Shown: positions 59,870 to 64,000 of the stretch, piece by piece
Position numbering within the stretch: the stretch's first letter is position 1
How the letters are laid out: each line of letters starts with the position of its first letter
From: the human T2T-CHM13v2.0 reference genome, Homo sapiens
Length of the DNA stretch: 64,000 nt
Assembly (NCBI RefSeq): GCF_009914755.1
Contig: NC_060936.1
Reading direction: 5' to 3' (one strand)
The notes under the pieces: model-generated
What the model was told of the DNA's origin: nothing
What the model saw: only the letters and a program-made list of their open reading frames with translations
Database searches by the model: none
Program-made: the position numbers and the translations under genes

Positions 59870-61411
59870 AGAGGACGACTTTCAGAGGCTTGATCATAAT
59901 CCAGGAATAAAGTTAGAGGTGCTTGTCCTTGCCCTTTCTCTTTCCCTTGCCCTTTCCTGTCCTGCAGGATCCCCTTGTTGGGAGGTTGGCGAGGTTGTGG
60001 CTGTGACAGCCCGGAAGGAAGAGGTGGCCTTCCTCATGAGAAGAGAGAGGACACTTGCTCTTCCAAGGACCCTCTTGTTTGCAATGAGGACAGGGTCCTG
60101 GAAGTGGCTTGTAACCTGGCGGTTTGGAACATTCTCTACTCCAGTGTCCTGGATTTCTGCAGCAATGACAGGCCCCCATTCTGTTAGTAGTGTAGGGATG
60201 AGCCTTGGGGTTATTAGATGAAGAAAAAGAATGTGCCAAGGCTGTTGCCATGTAATTAGCTTAGTGATGGCATTCTTCCTCCTCCAATTCAGCCTTTTTT
60301 ATTTTTGATGTTTTCTCCTGGTTATTGAAAACCTCAAAGGCTGTATTTAATAAAATAGGAAAGGGAGTTTGTGGGCCTTGCTCTAATTTTTGGAGTTTTT
60401 GTCTTATGTCTGGGTAAGCCTGACTTACAAAATGTACAGCGAGAATGGATTGGCCTTCAGGGCTTTCAGGGTCTAAATTTACATATTTACGCATGGCCTC
60501 CACCAATCTAGCTTGGAAAAGGGTGAGGTTCTCAGACGGCTCCTGGGTGACTTCTTGTAATTTAGAAAATTTAACAGGTCTTAGTACAGGCTTTTTCATT
60601 CCTTCCCACAAGCAAGTTATCATATAATCTCATCCGGCCCTGCCTCTGTTTGGGCCGACATCAGCAGCCTGATACAGCCAATTGGTTTCTGTGTCAGGGA
60701 CAGCTTTCGTCCCAGCTTTATTATCATTAGGATTGCGAGCATGAGCTGCATGTGCCCAAGCTCAAGCTAAAGACCATATGTGTGATATTTCTTCATGGGA
60801 ACAACAAATAGTTAATACCACCAATATGTCTTGCCAGGTTAAATCAAAGGCAATAATTAAAGCCCAAAATTCTTGAATGAACTTAGAGGGATTCTGGCTA
60901 AATGACTCCAGCTTGGATTGAATTTGTGAAAGATCAGACACTGGAAAAGGAACACGAACTCGAATTGTTCCCATATCTCCATTTGCCACCTCGTGGAGAG
61001 GCAAAATATTTTGGGGGTTTTCTGAGGACTCTGTACTAGTGGCATAGGTAACTCCTCTGCAAGTATGTGAGGAGGATAAATGTATCTGGATATGGAGGTT
61101 GACTGGGGGATGGAGCAGATAGAGAGGGTGTAGGTGAAGCAGGAGCAGGCTGAGGATGTGATAGGCAAAAGGAAGGATCATCTAAGACATCAGAATCAGA
61201 GAGAGAGGAAATTCCTTGAAATCGTATGTGACTATTTTTATGTACTTTGGGATTTTGGGATAAAGCTAAAAAGACCTGAAAAGATGAGACCTCTGAATAC
61301 AAAAGAAAATTACACACTTCTTTTGAGAGTTTGTGAGTTAAAATGGGACCAGTTTTTAAGAATGCAACCCAAGGGTGAGAAGGAATGAAATGAAGAATGA
61401 ATTGAACCCAT
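59870..61411 (-). pseudogene. gag: ERV1 gag, disrupted
   Basis: MGSIHSSFHSFSPLGCILKNW matrix; capsid VRVPFPVSDLSQI, FVSQAYPDIRQKLQKL; knuckles CHCCRNPGHWSREC and CPHCKQEGPWKSKC. Confidence 0.88.
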
Positions 61412-62744
61412 GTTGGGTTTTGATAAGGGACTACAAGATCGCTGAGGCATGCCTGAGGGATTTGGACCTTCCTTTTCCCTTTGGCTCACTCTATCCAGGG
61501 GTAGAGGGCATTCCCTTGCCTGGATGACCAGACCAGGCGTGCCCTTGTTTGAGTGGTCAGCTCAAACCTAATGTGATGGAGAACTCATCTGTAACTTGGG
61601 ATCTAGTGCCTATGACAGAGTTGAATCCAAAAGTGGGTCTGCAAACAGTGGAGTGCGTCCGCGCAGAGGTGAGATCACTGCTGCCCGTTTCCAAGGCACA
61701 GTTTACAGAGTGTTAAGTGAAAGTGGACTTGCTACCCTAACAGGCAATAGCAAATTCACTCTTTTGTCTTCGCCTTCAGGTAACGTGGGGGAGTGCCCTC
61801 GGCCAGAAACCCTCAATTGCCAAAGGGTACTCAAACTAGTTCACTGGCAGTCTGAAAATAGAAAAGAACCCTAAGGGCAACGACAGACAGGTATCCCTTC
61901 TCTAGGGCTTCAGAATCCCACGAAGAGTAGCCTCGGCCAGGGACTGTCAATTCCCAAAAGTAAAGAACCATCGAGCGAAGCAGGGAGGAAAAAGCAGGGA
62001 AAAAAGAATGGAGAAATCCCAGTAAAGTCCACATAATGGGTCACCAAGATGCTGGATGATGTGTCAGAGCCCTGGCACTGGGAAGTGGTCGACTCACAGG
62101 TTGGTAAAAAGAATTTACCAACAACAGTATAGGTTTGAAAAAGCAAAGTTCATTACAAAGAAAGAACGCTCCAAAAGGGTGCAGCGGGGTGCCTCAGCAA
62201 GAGGACTAAACACACTGTGGTGGATTTTCCTTAGGGGTATTTATGACTTTAAGGAGGGAATTTAGGATTGTAAAATGAGTTTTGGCATGGCATTCCAGAG
62301 ATGTATAGAAATTTTAGTTACTCATAAAAGTTGAAAGAGGCCTGGAACTAGATGCAAACAGGTGGTCTTTGTTCCTTTCTAAATTCCTCAGATAAGAAGT
62401 TTTTGTCTCCAGGACCTCTTCAGTGGTCACCAGGTGATTTTCACTCTCCTCAGTCCCCACACAAATCTCATCTTGAATCGTAATCCCCACTGTATCAAGG
62501 GAGGGACCTGGTGGGAGGTGACTGGACCATGGGGGTGGTTTCCCCCATGCTGTACTCGTGATAGTGAGGGAGTTTTCACGAGATCTGATGGTTTTAAAAG
62601 CGGCAGTTTCCCCTGCGCACTCTGTCTCTCCTGTTGCCTTGCGAAGAAAGCGTTTGCTTCCCCTCTACTTTCTGCCATGATTTTAAGTTTCCTGAGGCCT
62701 CCCCAGCCATGCAGAACTGTGAATCAATTAAGCCTCTTTTGTTT

Positions 62745-63040
62745 ATAAATTACCTATTTTATCTATAAATTGTTTATAAATTATAAGTTTATAATTTATA
62801 AATTATAGTATCTTCATATAATTTATATATATAATATATAAAATATATATAATATATATAAATTATATTAAATTTATATAAAGCTAACATGTTTTTTGTG
62901 GATACACATAAATATATATTTATATATAAAATGTATATTTATATATTATTATATAACAGCATTTATATATATTATATATTATATATAATTTCTATAATTA
63001 TATTTAATTATATAATTATATAAATTATAAATTATAGTAT
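62745..63040. repeat. AT-rich low-complexity expansion inside MST LTR
   Basis: (TATA/AATT)-rich run starting at the LTR's tttataaatta motif. Confidence 0.9.
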
Positions 63041-63149
63041 CTTAATAGCAGTGTGAAAACAGATTAATACAATAGCCATATGTAGAAGAATACATCTGGA
63101 TACACATTTCTCAGCATATACAAAAATTAAAAGTTCTTGTCCTTGACTT

Positions 63150-63330
63150 GGAAAACTCTGGATTTAAATCTGACCTCTGTCACTTTACTATCTATATGAT
63201 CTTGAGTAAGTTACTTAACCTCTATGAATCAGGATACCTATGTCATAGGGCTACTGTGAGAATTAAATAATGTAATATATGTAAGGGATTGAGTATAGTG
63301 AGCACTCAGTAACTACAAACAAAAATAGTA
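63150..63330. mobile_element. MIR
   Basis: atgatcttgagtaagttacttaacctct..gtgagaattaaat. Confidence 0.65.
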
Positions 63331-63529
63331 GTAAGAGGGGAAAGGTAAATAGAAGCTTGCTAAGAATGGAGGGAGGAAAGTTTGAATGCAAACGTACTAA
63401 GGCAAGAGCACATGGTATCTTCAGGGAACAACAAGAAAAACATAAGACCTGAGCAGAGATTTAATGGGGAAGAATAGTGGAGAGGAAGTTGGTAGGCTGA
63501 TACAAAGGATATCATACTAAAGGTTTAGA

Positions 63530-63826
63530 TTTTTTTTTTTTTTTTGAGATGAAGTCTTGGTGTGTCACCCAGGCCGGAGTGCAGTAGCATGATCTCAGCT
63601 CACTGCAACCTCTGCTGCCCGGTTCAAGCAATTCTCCTGTCTCAGCCTCCTGAGTAGCTGGGCCTATAGGTGCATGCCACCATGCCCAGCTAATTTTTGT
63701 ATTTTTAGTAGAGGCAGGGTTTCACCATATTGGTCAGGCTGGTCTCGAACTCCTGACCTCAGGTATTCACCCGCCTCAGCCTTCCAAAGTGCTGGGATTA
63801 CAGGTGTAAGCCACTGCGCCTGGCCA
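63530..63826 (-). mobile_element. Alu (S-type)
   Basis: Full dimer; TSD aaggtttagatttt. Confidence 0.93.
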
Positions 63827-64000
63827 AGGTTTAGATTTTATTCTATAGTTTATGGGCAGTCTGAAAAATTATGAATGCAAAGGAATACTCTAATGGTAAT
63901 ATGGAAAATTTATTTTCTCAGGGATATATTAATAATGATATTTTCCTTTACATGGTTACTTTAAAAGATTTGCTGCTTCCCTAAGAGTGATTTTTATCAT

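Overview
Primate (very probably human) non-coding DNA, mostly retroelements, with no intact protein-coding gene that I can support; the long ORF-track entries I could place are repeat-derived. Main contents: (1) a TSD-flanked 5.0-kb HERV-H provirus (4589-9594) with ~98% identical LTR7s, a His PBS, a consensus splice donor and a 64-bp leader VNTR that puts an ESRG-like leader frame in frame with gag; (2) an old near-full-length L1 (27480-35575) carrying a processed HPF1 pseudogene; (3) an MST LTR containing an inverted 142-bp copy of that L1's 5'UTR; (4) a TSD-flanked L1 made only of 5'UTR plus 3' end; (5) a ~205-bp spaced duplication; (6) a 12.7-kb nest (about 50385-63130): a 5'-inverted L1PB hosting a polyadenylated, U5-less HERV-H retrocopy, an L1PA fragment, Alus and an MST LTR, which hosts a two-LTR ERV1 provirus with an internal inversion shown by oppositely oriented Alu TSDs. 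I found no new enzymatic system; the notable signals are retro-mobilisation and repair events. Subfamily names and identities are by eye and from memory and need RepeatMasker/Dfam confirmation.
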